In this document: piece after piece, positions 27,201 through 42,200 of the stretch
Layout: the number at the start of each line of letters is the position of its first letter
How positions within the stretch are numbered: position 1 is the stretch's first letter
Notes under the pieces: generated by a model
What the model was told of the DNA's origin: nothing
Database searches by the model: none
The model's input: the letters and a program-made list of their open reading frames with translations, nothing else
Translations under genes and position numbers: made by a program
Source of the DNA: Carcharhinus amblyrhynchos
Taxonomy: Eukaryota
Assembly: GCA_965287045.1 (NCBI GenBank)
Contig: OZ336888.1
Location: 16,554,001-16,618,000 of the forward strand
Reading direction: 5' to 3'
DNA length: 64,000 nt

Positions 27201-30200
27201 GTCTCCTTTCAGTATTCACCAGCAAGTCTGTTCACAGCGGTGTGCTTATCCCATTTGCAGCTTCAGTGTTAGTTCATTCTTTCAGTCCTGCCCACACCTC
27301 CTTTTCGAAGGAAATGGTTGAAAATTTACTCAAATTTGAATCATCAATTGGATTTGTGAACCTCACTTTTACACCAAGATCTATATGATGGTTTTCTGGT
27401 CAAACCCGACAGGAATATAATGGTGTTGACATTGTGGTGAATTGGTTTCATTCTTTTTCTTCTTCTTCAGGAAGGGTCACTATAACAGTGAAACCATCTA
27501 CAGCTGGGCCCCCTCCGGGCTCCACATCGGGTGAGTAACGGCTTCTTTTCTTCAACAGCAGCATGAGCAGGAAACAAGTGCAATACAAACAGGTGGTGCT
27601 GGAAATATTCAGCAAGGCTGGCAAGACCTGCTGAGTATTTCCAGCACTTTCTGTTTGCATATCAGATTTCCAGCAAGCACAGCATTTTACATTTCATTCA
27701 GTGAAAAACTGTGTTTATCGATGTGTTTCCGTTTGGGTCAGTCAGAGGCCAAGCACTCCCGTGAACTGATGGGGATGTTTGATGTCATCAGGAATCCTTC
27801 AGAACTGCCCTGAAGTGTTTCTGTTGTTCCGCAGGGGTCTCCTTCTATCACCTTCTTCAGCAAGTTGATCCAAGGTGGGAGCTGAGGTGAAATGCTGTGC
27901 GCGTAAGCATTCACACCAGTGCAGTGTTGTCAAATTCACCTTTTAGACAACGCCCGTCCATTTGTTTAGTCTTGTTGTTCTTTCGTTGTGGTTGCAAGTG
28001 AATGAATAGTTGAGGACACCTGAATCGCATTGTACTATTTCAAACATTAAATTTGCAACAAGCCAATGAAATAAATCTCACAATGGAACACTGCTGCCTT
28101 TTCTATTCTACGTCAGTTGATTTGATTGTGTTTCTTGTTCTTCAGAAGTGACCACTAAACCAGGGACACCAATTACAACCAGCTCCACTACCAGCTCCAC
28201 ACCGGGTGAGTGACGGCTTCTTTTGATGCACAGCAGCAAAACCAGAGGCAAAAACTGTTCAGTTGGAACATGTTCCAGGCAGTGGAAAGACATTACTTTG
28301 TACTTTTTCACCGTGAATTTTCGTATTCAGGTCAGAATTCCAGCAGCACAGCTCTTGGGATGAAAAGGATGAATGGATATGGGGTTAAGGGGGAACAGGA
28401 TATTGAATTTGATGATCCGCCATGATCAAAATGAATGGATGAGCAGGTTCCAAGGTCCGAATGGCTTCTAGTTTCTATGTTTACGTTTTCTTCAATGAAA
28501 CAAATGATCTTGTTTCAACACACATTAGAGGTTCATCATTTCACCATGGGGAGGCACTGTGACCACACTTTCCAAAGGGAAATGGAAGACACTCTTGCTC
28601 TTTGAATGAAGGTAGATCCGAGGTGGGAGCTTAGGTGAAATGATGTCCACATAAGCGTTCATACCAGTGCGCTGTTGTGAAATTCCCCTTTGAGACAATG
28701 CCCGTCCATTGGTACTGTCTTGTCGCCCTTTCCATGTGGGTGGAAAGTAGCTGTAGTCAGTATGTTCCTCATTCTTGCTGCCTTATTGTGAATTCAGTAA
28801 GCTAATGTTGGAAGTCTATTAATACAGCTGGATTTCCAGTCAGAGTGCAGTGGTTTTGAATAATTCTCTTTTCCTGTAGAAGTGACAACTACAACAAAAG
28901 GAACAACAGCTTCATCAACAACAGGTAATTGAGATTTTCCTTCAATATTGAATCTCCCTATTAGACACGCCCTCGGTTTCGATGATGACTTCCTTCCACT
29001 AAGGATCATGAGGATTGATGGGGATGTTTGATGTCATGAGGAATCCTTCGGGACAGCCCTGAGGTGTTTCTGCAGTCCCGCAGGGGTCTCCTTCTATCAC
29101 CGCATTCTGGGGAAAGCCGTTGCTTTGGGAATCTGGTGTCAGGCAATCAAATGTCATCTCCTGCCCAGCAGAAGTGGTTACGTGTAATTGTTGCCTGACT
29201 GCTGAATATCTTGTCTTGGGAGAGGATGCTGTTGTTGGAAAGCCTTTCTTGCCACAGATTAGGAGGACCTTGCAAAGACACTCGTGTTACAATTCTCCAG
29301 TGTTTTGTGGTGGCTGCTGTGGGTTGTCCAATTTGACAAAGCAGAAAAGAGTGTGGTGCTCTGTGCTGTGCGATAAGCCAAAACCTTAGCCTCTTGTTTG
29401 TCGTACAGGACCTCAATAATCTTTTCAAATCCTCTTCCAAGTGCACCTTGATCACCATTGGCTCGGACAATTCCAGTCCAGCAATTCAGTCCTTTAGCCT
29501 GATCCAATTCCTTTGGGATGGAGTTATTTGTAAAGTTCAGTATTCTCAATCTGCAATCAGTGACGTTTTCACATTCACAAAAACAGTGTTGTGACAAGCT
29601 CACCCCTGGGAGGTTTCTCTATCGGAAAATCAGATTGTTAATGTTTCAACAGTTTGATCTGTAAATTTGATCCTTTTGTCCCATTCTGTGTCCTTTTGTG
29701 GCTGCTTATTCTAACACATTTTCAGCATAATTTTCAATCCAGTTCGTAAACTGTACAGTTTGTTCTTCGTGCTGGTGCTCATAGACATTTCCATTCCAAA
29801 AGAATTATTTCCAGATGTTGTCAAAGTTGCTGCCTTGATATCGTGCTGATATTATGGATAAGTTAATTCATTATGATGAGAAAATATGTTTCCAGCATTT
29901 CAAATGCAGTCTGGCTGTTCTCACATCCGACATTGCCACTTTTGGTTAGTCCATGAGTGTCTGATATATTCTCCGACATTTCTGCTTTTCTCTTCCAGAG
30001 ATCGTCTGCCACGGCCATTGGTCACCCTGGATTAATGAACATACACCTTCTAAGGACAGCCCTGGCGATTATGAATTGCAGAATCCCAACAAAACAAAAT
30101 ATTGTTCCTTCCCTTCGGAAACAATTGTGGACATTCAGTGTCAGTTTGTTGACCAACCGGACAAACCAATAAGCCAGTCACCAGACAATGTGACATGCGA

Positions 30201-33200
30201 CAAAGACAAGGGCCTCACCTGTGTACTCTCTCAAAGTGCTGTGGAGCAGAACAGATTTTGTTATGACTACAAAGTGCGCATTTGCTGTGAGCCAGTAACA
30301 GGAATGACCACAACGTCCCCCACTACATCTTCCACTCCTGGTAAGTGAGAAATGTACCAATGAGTTCATAATATTTTCAGATTTAATCCAGCTTGTTTTT
30401 GACCAAAAAGCAAATGAAGATTTCTTGATACCCAGTGAGTAGCTGTAATCACCAATTTCTTGAAGATTTGTGCTTCGTATCAATGACGTATCCCCGGTGT
30501 AAAATTCACAACACTGTGGGAATTGGAATTTGGTGATTTTGAAAGTTATTTCTTTGTCTGCAGTGCCAACAACAACAACAACAACACAGGAAACAACGAC
30601 CACATCTGGGGAAACTACTACAACAGGTTAGTGCTGTCTCCTTTCAGTATTCACCAGCAAGTCTGTTCACAGCGGTGTGCTTATCCCATTTGCAGCTTCA
30701 GTGTTAGTTCATTCTTTCAGTCCTGCCCACACCTCCTTTTCGAAGGAAATGGTTGAAAATTTACTCAAATTTGAATCATCAATTGGATTTGTGAACCTCA
30801 CTTTTACACCAAGATCTATATGATGGTTTTCTGGTCAAACCCGACAGGAATATAATGGTGTTGACATTGTGGTGAATTGGTTTCATTCTTTTTCTTCTTC
30901 TTCAGGAAGGGTCACTATAACAGTGAAACCATCTACAGCTGGGCCCCCTCCGGGCTCCACATCGGGTGAGTAACGGCTTCTTTTCTTCAACAGCAGCATG
31001 AGCAGGAAACAAGTGCAATACAAACAGGTGGTGCTGGAAATATTCAGCAAGGCTGGCAAGACCTGCTGAGTATTTCCAGCACTTTCTGTTTGCATATCAG
31101 ATTTCCAGCAAGCACAGCATTTTACATTTCATTCAGTGAAAAACTGTGTTTATCGATGTGTTTCCGTTTGGGTCAGTCAGAGGCCAAGCACTCCCGTGAA
31201 CTGATGGGGATGTTTGATGTCATCAGGAATCCTTCAGGACAGCCCTGAAGTGTTTCTGTTGTTCCGCAGGGGTCTCCTTCTATCACCTTCTTCAGCAAGT
31301 TGATCCAAGGTGGGAGCTGAGGTGAAATGCTGTGCGCGTAAGCATTCACACCAGTGCAGTGTTGTCAAATTCACCTTTTAGACAACGCCCGTCCATTTGT
31401 TTAGTCTTGTTGTTCTTTCGTTGTGGTTGCAAGTGAATGAATAGTTGAGGACACCTGAATCGCATTGTACTATTTCAAACATTAAATTTGCAACAAGCCA
31501 ATGAAATAAATCTCACAATGGAACACTGCTGCCTTTTCTATTCTACGTCAGTTGATTTGATTGTGTTTCTTGTTCTTCAGAAGTGACCACTAAACCAGGG
31601 ACACCAATTACAACCAGCTCCACTACCAGCTCCACACCGGGTGAGTGACGGCTTCTTTTGATGCACAGCAGCAAAACCAGAGGCAAAAACTGTTCAGTTG
31701 GAACATGTTCCAGGCAGTGGAAAGACATTACTTTGTACTTTTTCACCGTGAATTTTCGTATTCAGGTCAGAATTCCAGCAGCACAGCTCTTGGGATGAAA
31801 AGGATGAATGGATATGGGGTTAAGGGGGAACAGGATATTGAATTTGATGATCCGCCATGATCAAAATGAATGGATGAGCAGGTTCCAAGGTCCGAATGGC
31901 TTCTAGTTTCTATGTTTACGTTTTCTTCAATGAAACAAATGATCTTGTTTCAACACACATTAGAGGTTCATCATTTCACCATGGGGAGGCACTGTGACCA
32001 TACTTTCCAAAGGGAAATGGAAGACACTCTTGCTCTTTGAATGAAGGTAGATCCGAGGAGGGAGCTGAGGTGAAATGATGTCCACATAAGCGTTCATACC
32101 AGTGCGCTGTTGTGAAATTCCCCTTTTAGACAATGCCTGTCCATTGGTACTGTCTTGTCGCCCTTTCCATGTGGGTGGAAAGTAGCTGTAGTCAGTATGT
32201 TCCTCATTCTTGCTGCCTTATTGTGAATTCAGTAAGCTAATGTTGGAAGTCTATTAATACAGCTGGATTTCCAGTCAGAGTGCAGTGGTTTTGAATAATT
32301 CTCTTTTCCTGTAGAAGTGACAACTACAACAAAAGGAACAACAGCTTCATCAACAACAGGTAATTGAGATTTTCCTTCAATATTGAATCTCCCTATTAGA
32401 CAAGCCCTCGGTTTCGATGATGACTTCCTTCCACTAAGGATCATGGGGATTGATGGGGATGTTTGATGTCATGAGGAATCCTTCGGGACAGCCCTGAGGT
32501 GTTTCTGCAGTCCCGCAGGGGTCTCCTTCTATCACCGCATTCTGGGGAAAGCCGTTGCTTTGGGAATCTGGTGTCAGGCAATCAAATGTCATCTCCTGCC
32601 CAGCAGAAGTGGTTACGTGTAATTGTTGCCTGACTGCTGAATATCTTGTCTTGGGAGAGGATGCTGTTGTTGGAAAGCCTTTCTTGCCACAGATTAGGAG
32701 GACCTTGCAAAGACACTCGTGTTACAATTCTCCAGTGTTTTGTGGTGGCTGCTGTGGGTTGTCCAATTTGACAAAGCAGAAAAGAGTGTGGTGCTCTGTG
32801 CTGTGCGATAAGCCAAAACCTTAGCCTCTTGTTTGTCGTACAGGACCTCAATAATCTTTTCAAATCCTCTTCCAAGTGCACCTTGATCACCATTGGCTCA
32901 GACAATTCCAGTCCAGCAATTCAGTCCTTTAGCCTGATCCAATTCCTTTGGGATGGAGTTCTTTGTAAAGTTCAGTATTCTCAATCTGCAATCAGTGACG
33001 TTTTCACATTCACAAAAACAGTGTTGTGACAAGCTCACCCCTGGGAGGTTTCTCTATCGGAAAATCAGATTGTTAATGTTTCAACAGTTTGATCTGTAAA
33101 TTTGATCCTTTTGTCCCATTCTGTGTCCTTTTGTGGCTGCTTATTCTAACACATTTTCAGCATAATTTTCAATCCAGTTCGTAAACTGTACAGTTTGTTC

Positions 33201-36200
33201 TTCGTGCTGGTGCTCATAGACATTTCCATTCCAAAAGAATTATTTCCAGATGTTTTCAAAGTTGCTGCCTTGATATCGTGTTGATATTATGGATAAGTTA
33301 ATTCATTATGATGAGAAAATATGTTTCCAGCATTTCAAATGCAGTCTGGCTGTTCTCACATCCGACATTGCCACTTTTGGTTAGTCCATGAGTGTCTGAT
33401 ATATTCTCCGACATTTCTGCTTTTCTCTTCCAGAGATCGTCTGCCACGGCCATTGGTCACCCTGGATTAATGAACATACACCTTCTAAGGACAGCCCTGG
33501 CGATTATGAATTGCAGAATCCCAACAAAACAAAATATTGTTCCTTCCCTTCGGAAACAATTGTGGACATTCAGTGTCAGTTTGTTGACCAACCGGACAAA
33601 CCAATAAGCCAGTCACCAGACAATGTGACATGCGACAAAGACAAGGGCCTCACCTGTGTACTCTCTCAAAGTGCTGTGGAGCAGAACAGATTTTGTTATG
33701 ACTACAAAGTGCGCATTTGCTGTGAGCCAGTAACAGGAATGACCACAACGTCCCCCACTACATCTTCCACTCCTGGTAAGTGAGAAATGTACCAATGAGT
33801 TCATAATATTTTCAGATTCAATCCAGCTTGTTTTCGACCAAAAAGCAAATGAAGATTTCTTGATACCCAGTGAGTAGCTGTAATCACCAATTTCTTGAAG
33901 ATTTGTGCTTCATATCAATAACGTATCCCCGGTGTAAAATTCACAACACTGTGGGAATTGGAATTTGGTGATTTTGAAAGTTATTTCTTTGTCTGCAGTG
34001 CCAACAACAACAACAACAACACAGGAAACAACGACCACATCTGGGGAAACTCCTACAACAGGTTAGTGCTGTCTCCTTTCAGTATTCACCAGCAAGTCTG
34101 TTCACAGCGGTGTGCTTATCCCATTTGCAGCTTCAGTGTTAGTTCATTCTTTCAGTCCTGCCCACACCTCCTTTTCGAAGGAAATGGTTGAAAATTTACT
34201 CAAATTTGAATCATCAATTGGATTTGTGAACCTCACTTTTACACCAAGATCTATATGATGGTTTTCTGGTCAAACTCGACAGGAATATAATGGTGTTGAC
34301 ATTGTGGTGAATTGGTTTCATTCTTTTTCTTCTTCTTCAGGAAGGGTCACTATAACAGTGAAACCATCTACAGCTGGGCCCCCTCCGGGCTCCACATCGG
34401 GTGAGTAACGGCTTCTTTTCTTCAACAGCAGCAAGAGCAGGAAACAAGTGCAATAAAAACAGGTGGTGCTGGAAATATTCAGCAAGGCTGGCAAGACCTG
34501 CTGAGTATTTCCAGCACTTTCTGTTTGCATATCAGATTTCCAGCAAGCACAGCATTTTACATTTCATTCAGTGAAAAACTGTGTTTATCGATGTGTTTCC
34601 GTTTGGGTCAGTCAGAGGCCAAGCACTCCCGTGAACTGATGGGGATGTTTGATGTCATCAGGAATCCTTCAGGACAGCCCTGAAGTGTTTCTGTTGTTCC
34701 GCAGGGGTCTCCTTCTATCACCTTCTTCAGCAAGTTGATCCAAGGTGGGAGCTGAGGTGAAATGCTGTGCGCGTAAGCATTCACACCAGGGCAGTGTTGT
34801 CAAATTCACCTTTTAGACAACGCCCATCCATTTGTTTAGTCTTGTTGTTCTTTCGTTGTGGTTGCAAGTGAATGAATAGTTGAGGACACCTGAATCGCAT
34901 TGTACTATTTCAAACATTAAATTTGCAACAAGCCAATGAAATAAATCTCACAATGGAACACTGCTGCCTTTTCTATTCTACGTCAGTTGATTTGATTGTG
35001 TTTCTTGTTCTTCAGAAGTGACCACTAAACCAGGGACACCAATTACAACCAGCTCCACTACCAGCTCCACACCGGGTGAGTGACGGCTTCTTTTGATGCA
35101 CAGCAGCAAAACCAGAGGCAAAAACTGTTCAGTTGGAACATGTTCCAGGCAGTGGAAAGACATTACTTTGTACTTTTTCACCGTGAATTTTCGTATTCAG
35201 GTCAGAATTCCAGCAGCACAGCTCTTGGGATGAAAAGGATGAATGGATATGGGGTTAAGGGGGAACAGGATATTGAATTTGATGATCCGCCATGATCAAA
35301 ATGAATGGATGAGCAGGTTCCAAGGTCCGAATGGCTTCTAGTTTCTACGTTTACGTTTTCTTCAATGAAACAAATGATCTTGTTTCAACACACATTAGAG
35401 GTTCATCATTTCACCATGGGGAGGCACTGTGACCATACTTTCCAAAGGGAAATGGAAGAACTTCTTGCTCTTTGAATGCAGGAAGATCCGAGGTGGGAGC
35501 TGAGGTGAAATGATGTCCACATAAGCGTTCATACCAGTGCGCTGTTCTGAAATTCCCCTTTTAGACAATGCCCGTCCATTGGTACTGTCTTGTCGCCCTT
35601 TCCATGTGGGTGGAAAGTAGCTGTAGTCAGTATGTTCCTCATTCTTGCTGCCTTATTGTGAATTCAGTAAGCTAATGTTGGAAGTCTATTAATACAGCTG
35701 GATTTCCAGTCAGAGTGCAGTGGTTTTGAATAATTCTCTTTTCCTGTAGAAGTGACAACTACAACAAAAGGTACAACAGCTTCATCAACAACAGGTAATT
35801 GAGATTTTCCTTCAATATTGAATCTCCCTATTAGACACGCCCTCGGTTTTGATGATGACTTCCTTCCACTAAGGATCATGGGGATTGATGGGGATGTTTG
35901 ATGTCATGAGGAATCCTTCGGGACAGCCCTGAGGTATTTCTGCAGTCCCGCAGGGGTCTCCTTCTATCACCGCATTCTGGGGAAAGCCGTTGCTTTGGGA
36001 ATCTGGTGTCAGGCAATCAAATGTCATCTCCTGCCCAGCAGAAGTGGTTACGTGTAATTGTTGCCTGACTGCTGAATATCTTGTCTTGGGAGAGGATGCT
36101 GTTGTTGGAAAGCCTTTCTTGCCACAGATTAGGAGGACCTTGCAAAGACACTCGTGTTACAATTCTCCAGTGTTTTGTGGTGGCTGCTGTGGGTTGTCCA

Positions 36201-39200
36201 ATTTGACAAAGCAGAAAAGAGTGTGGTGCTCTGTGCTGTGCGATAAGCCAAAACCTTAGCCTCTTGTTTGTCGTACAGGACCTCAATAATCTTTTCAAAT
36301 CCTCTTCCAAGTGCACCTTGATCACCATTGGCTCAGACAATTCCAGTCCAGCAATTCAGTCCTTTAGCCTGATCCAATTCCTTTGGGATGGAGTTATTTG
36401 TAAAGTTCAGTATTCTCAATCTGCAATCAGTGACGTTTTCACATTCACAAAAACAGTGTTGTGACAAGCTCACCCCTGGGAGGTTTCTCTATCGGAAAAT
36501 CAGATTGTTAATGTTTCAACAGTTTGATCTGTAAATTTGATCCTTTTGTCCCATTCTGTGTCCTTTTGTGGCTGCTTATTCTAACACATTTTCAGCATAA
36601 TTTTCAATCCAGTTCGTAAACTGTACAGTTTGTTCTTCGTGCTGTTGCTCATAGACATTTCCATTCCAAAAGAATTATTTCCAGATGTTGTCAAAGTTGC
36701 TGCCTTGATATCGTGTTGATATTATGGATAAGTTAATTCATTATCATGAGAAAATATGTTTCCAGCATTTCAAATGCAGTCTGGCTGTTCTCACATCCGA
36801 CATTGCCACTTTTGGTTAGTCCATGAGTGTCTGATATATTCTCCGACATTTCTGCTTTTCTCTTCCAGAGATCGTCTGCCACGGCCATTGGTCACCCTGG
36901 ATTAATGAACATACACCTTCTAAGGACAGCCCTGGCGATTATGAATTGCAGAATCCCAACAAAACAAAATATTGTTCCTTCCCTTCGGAAACAATTGTGG
37001 ACATTCAATGTCAGTTTGTTGACCAACCGGACAAACCAATAAGCCAGTCACCAGACAATGTGACATGCGACAAAGACAAGGGCCTCACCTGTGTACTCTC
37101 TCAAAGTGCTGTGGAGCAGAACAGATTTTGTTATGACTACAAAGTGCGCATTTGCTGTGAGCCAGTAACAGGAATGACCACAACGTCCCCCACTACATCT
37201 TCCACTCCTGGTAAGTGAGAAATGTACCAATGAGTTCATAATATTTTCAGATTCAATCCAGCTTGTTTTCGACCAAAAAGCAAATGAAGATTTCTTGATG
37301 CCCAGTGAGTAGCTGTAATCACCAATTTCTTGAAGATTTGTGCTTCATATCAATAACGTATCCCCGGTGTAAAATTCACAACACTGTGGGAATTGGAATC
37401 TGGTGATTTTGAAAGTTATTTCTTTGTCTGCAGTGCCAACAACAACAACAACAACACAGGAAACAACGACCACATCTGGGGAAACTACTACAACAGGTTA
37501 GTGCTGTCTCCTTTCAGTATTCACCAGCAAGTCTGTTCACAGCGGTGTGCTTATCCCATTTGCAGCTTCAGTGTTAGTTCATTCTTTCAGTCCTGCCCAC
37601 ACCTCCTTTTCGAAGGAAATGGTTGAAAATTTACTCAAATTTGAATCATCAATTGGATTTGTGAACCTCACTTTTACACCAAGATCTATATGATGGTTTT
37701 CTGGTCAAACTCGACAGGAATATAATGGTGTTGACATTGTGGTGAATTGGTTTCATTCTTTTTCTTCTTCTTCAGGAAGGGTCACTATAACAGTGAAACC
37801 ATCTACAGCTGGGCCCCCTCCGGGCTCCACATCGGGTGAGTAACGGCTTCTTTTCTTCAACAGCAGCAAGAGCAGGAAACAAGTGCAATAAAAACAGGTG
37901 GTGCTGGAAATATTCAGCAATGCTGGCAAGTCCTGCTGAGTATTTCCAGCACTTTCTGTTTGCAGATCTGATTTCCAGCAAGCACAGCATTTTACATTTC
38001 ATTCAGTGAAAAACTGTGTTTATCGATGTGTTTCCGTTTGGGTCAGTCAGAGGCCAAGCACTCCCGTGAACTGATGGGGATGTTTGATGTCATCAGGAAT
38101 CCTTCAGGACAGCCCTGAAGTGTTTCTGTTGTCCCGCAGGGGTCTCCTTCTATCACCTTCTTCAGCAAGTTGATCCAAGGTGGGAGCTGAGGTGAAATGC
38201 TGTGCACGTAAGCATTCACACCAGTGCAGTGTTGTCAAATTCACCTTTTAGACAACGCCCGTCCATTTGTTTAGTCTTGTTGTTCTTTCGTTGTGGTTGC
38301 AAGTGAATGAATAGTTGAGGACACCTGAATCGCATTGTACTATTTCAAACATTAAATTTGCAACAAGCCAATGAAATAAATCTCACAATGGAACACTGCT
38401 GCCTTTTCTATTCTACGTCAGTTGATTTGATTGTGTTTCTTGTTCTTCAGAAGTGACCACTAAACCAGGGACACCAATTACAACCAGCTCCACTACCAGC
38501 TCCACACCGGGTGAGTGACGGCTTCTTTTGATGCACAGCAGCAAAACCAGAGGCAAAAACTGTTCAGTTGGAACATGTTCCAGGCAGTGGAAAGACATTA
38601 CTTTGTACTTTTTCACCATGAATTTTCGTATTCAGGTCAGAATTCCAGCAGCACCGCTCTTGGGATGAAAAGGATGAATGGATATGGGGTTAAGGGGGAA
38701 CAGGATATTGAATTTGATGATCCGCCATGATCAAAATGAATGGATGAGCAGGTTCCAAGGTCCGAATGGCTTCTAGTTTCTATGTTTACGTTTTCTTCAA
38801 TGAAACAAATGATCTTGTTTCAACACACATTAGAGGTTCATCATTTCACCATGGGGAGGCACTGTGACCATACTTTCCAAAGGGAAATGGAAGACATTCT
38901 TGCTCTTTGAATGAAGGTAGATCCGAGGTGGGAGTTGAGGTGAAATGCTGTGCACATAAGCGTTCACACCAGTGCGCTGTTGTCAAATTCCCCTTTTAGA
39001 CAATGCCCATCCATTAGTACTGTCTTGTCACCCTTTCCATGTGGGTGGAAGTGATTGAATATTTGAAGCCAACTAAATCCAGCTGTTATATTTGAAATAG
39101 AACCAAAACAATGCAGATGCGGGAGATCGCGAATAAAAACAGAACATGTTGAAAGAACTCAGCAGGCCTGGCAGCATCTGTGGAGAGAAACAGATTTAAT

Positions 39201-42200
39201 ATTTTGGATCTTGATGATCCTTCTATGTCTCTTGTTCCCCCAACACTGGTGCCATAGGTAAGAAAGCCCATCAAAGCCCCTACTTTCTCAGAAGGCTAAA
39301 GAAATTCAGCATGTCTGCTACCAGCTTTGATAGAAGAATCACAGAAAGCATCCTTTCCAGCTCTTTTGCAACTTGGTATGGATTCTGTTCTGTCCAAGAC
39401 TGCAAGAAACTTCAAAAGGTGGAAACGAAGCCTCGTCCACCATGCAAATAGTCTCCTATCCATTGACACTGTCCATACTTTCCACTTCCTCAAAAAAGCA
39501 GCCAGCATAATTAAAGACCGCATACATCCGGAACATTCTCTCTTCCACCTTCCACTGTCAGCAAAAAAACCTGAGGACACTCACCAACCAACTCAAGAAC
39601 ACCTTCTTCCCTGCTGCCACCAAATTTTGGATCATGGGATGGCAGATGAGTCCAATGGACAATCTGCACATTGTATTAATTTGATCTTTCTCTACACCCT
39701 AGCGATCACTGTAACACGATATTAGGCTCTGTTTCCTTTTCTTCTCCCCTGAGTACTCTACGAACAATATTCTTTGTCTGTGCAGTGTGCCAGAAACAAT
39801 ACTTTTCAACCTATACTAATAGATGAGACAGTAATAAATCAAATCAAATCAAAACAAATCCTTCTGCAGAAAGATCATTCAGATCCAAACCGTGAACTCT
39901 CTTTCTTTCCTCAAATGCTGGCAGATCCGCTGAGTTCATCCAACATTTTCAGTACTTATGTTCTATTCTAAACAGCATGTTTGCAGCAAAGCCAATCAAA
40001 TGAACCTTGCAGTGGAACAGTGTTAGCTTTATGTCACATATCATTGTGTTTCTTATTCTTCAGAAATCATCACTACAACAGTCAAACCAACGACAACCAG
40101 TTTCACTACCAGCTTCACATCAGGTGAGTGAAAGCTTCTTTTGACACACAGTAGCAAAACCAGTGTTGCAAACTGTTTAGTTGGAGCAATTTCCAGGCAG
40201 TAGAAGGACACTGCTTCACACTTATTTCGAGTTAGTCCCTAACTTCCCAAGTGAACTGGTTGATAAAGGACTGATTCAGATGAAGCTCAATGAGAACGTG
40301 CACATGAGGAGAAATGCTTTCTCTGTGTTTGTGTGTGTACTGTTCTCTCCTAAAATCTACTTGCTCAACAATATTTCCTGAACCTGTTCCGAAATATCAG
40401 CCTGATATTGGAATAATTTCTACAATGTGCATGACACGATGATGCTGATATGCAGCATCTTTGTCAAAGTTCAGCAGTTTCCATGACAGATCTTGTCAAT
40501 GGATCTTCCCCTTAGCATGGTATGATTGTTAATATTCTTCCATTTTCTTCTCTCGCTCAGTAATTTAGAATATTTCTGAAACAATAACAAATTTGTAAAA
40601 TTTGTCTTTCTCCTGTTCAGCTTTGCCTCTTTATTCTCCAAGTTAGTTGAGCCCGTCACTAGCTGTAGTCAGTATGCTCCTCATTCTTGCTGCCTTATTG
40701 TGAATTGAATAAGCTAATGTTGGAAGTCTATTAAAGTTATTTCTTTGTCTGCAGTGCCAACAACAACAACAACAACACAGGAAACAACGACCACATCTGG
40801 GGAAACTACTACAACAGGTTAGTGCTGTCTCCTTTCAGTATTCACCAGCGAGTCTGTTCACAGTGGTGTGCTTATCCCATTTGCAGCTTCAGTGTTAGTT
40901 CATTCTTTCCGTCCTGCCCACACCTCCTTTTCGAAGGAAATGGTTGAAAATTTACTCAAATTTGAATCATCAATTGGATTTGTGAACCTCACTTTTACAC
41001 CAAGATCTATATGATGGTTTTCTGGTCAAACTCGACAGGAATATAATGGTGTTGACATTGTGGTGAATTGGTTTCATTCTTTTTCTTCTTCTTCAGGAAG
41101 GGTCACTATAACAGTGAAACCATCTACAGCTGGGCCCCCTCCGGGCTCCACATCGGGTGAGTAACGGCTTCTTTTCTTCAACAGCAGCAAGAGCAGGAAA
41201 CAAGTGCAATAAAAACAGATGGTGCTGGAAATATTCAGCAAGGCTGGCAAGACCTGCTGAGTATTTCCAGCACTTTCTGTTTGCAGATCAGATTTCCAGC
41301 AAGCACAGCATTTTACATTTCATTCAGTGAAAAACTGTGTTTATCGATGTGTTTCCGTTTGGGTCAGTCAGAGGCCAAGCACTCCCGTGAACTGATGGGG
41401 ATGTTTGATGTCATCAGGAATCCTTCAGGACAGCCCTGAAGCGTTTCTGTTGTTCCGCAGGGGTCTCCTTCTATCACCTTCTTCAGCAAGTTGATCCAAG
41501 GTGGGAGCTGAGGTGAAATGCTGTGCGCGTAAGCATTCACACCAGTGCAGTGTTGTCAAATTCACCTTTTAGACAACGCCCGTCCATTTGTTTAGTCTTG
41601 TTGTTCTTACGTTGTGGTTGCAAGTGAATGAATAGTTGAGGACACCTGAATCGCATTGTACTATTTCAAACATTAAATTTGCAACAAGCCAATGAAATAA
41701 ATCTCACAATGGAACACTGCTGCCTTTTCTATTCTACGTCAGTTGATTTGATTGTGTTTCTTGTTCTTCAGAAGTGACCACTAAACCAGGGACACCAATT
41801 ACAACCAGCTCCACTACCAGCTCCACACCGGGTGAGTGACGGCTTCTTTTGATGCACAGCAGCAAAACCAGAGGCAAAAACTGTTCAGTTGGAACATGTT
41901 CCAGGCAGTGGAAAGACATTACTTTGTACTTTTTCACCGTTAATTTTCGTATTCAGGTCAGAATTCCAGCAGCACCGCTCTTGGGATGAAAAGGATGAAT
42001 GGATATGGGGTTAAGGGGGAACAGGATATTGAATTTGATGATCCGCCATGATCAAAATGAATGGATGAGCAGGTTCCAAGGTCCGAATGGCTTCTAGTTT
42101 CTATGTTTACGTTTTCTTCAATGAAACAAATGATCTTGTTTCAACACACATTAGAGGTTCATCATTTCACCATGGGGAGGCACTGTGACCATACTTTCCA

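Larger units (their letters stand above)
16822..37433 (+). repeat. Units 6-11, six type I units
   Basis: A/B/C/D starts: 16822/17164/17839/18573; 20257/20599/21274/22010; 23694/24036/24711/25445; 27129/27471/28146/28880; 30564/30906/31581/32315; 33999/34341/35016/35750. Confidence 0.95.
37434..40754 (+). repeat. Unit 12, type II
   Basis: A 37434, B 37776, C 38451, E 40064. Confidence 0.95.
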
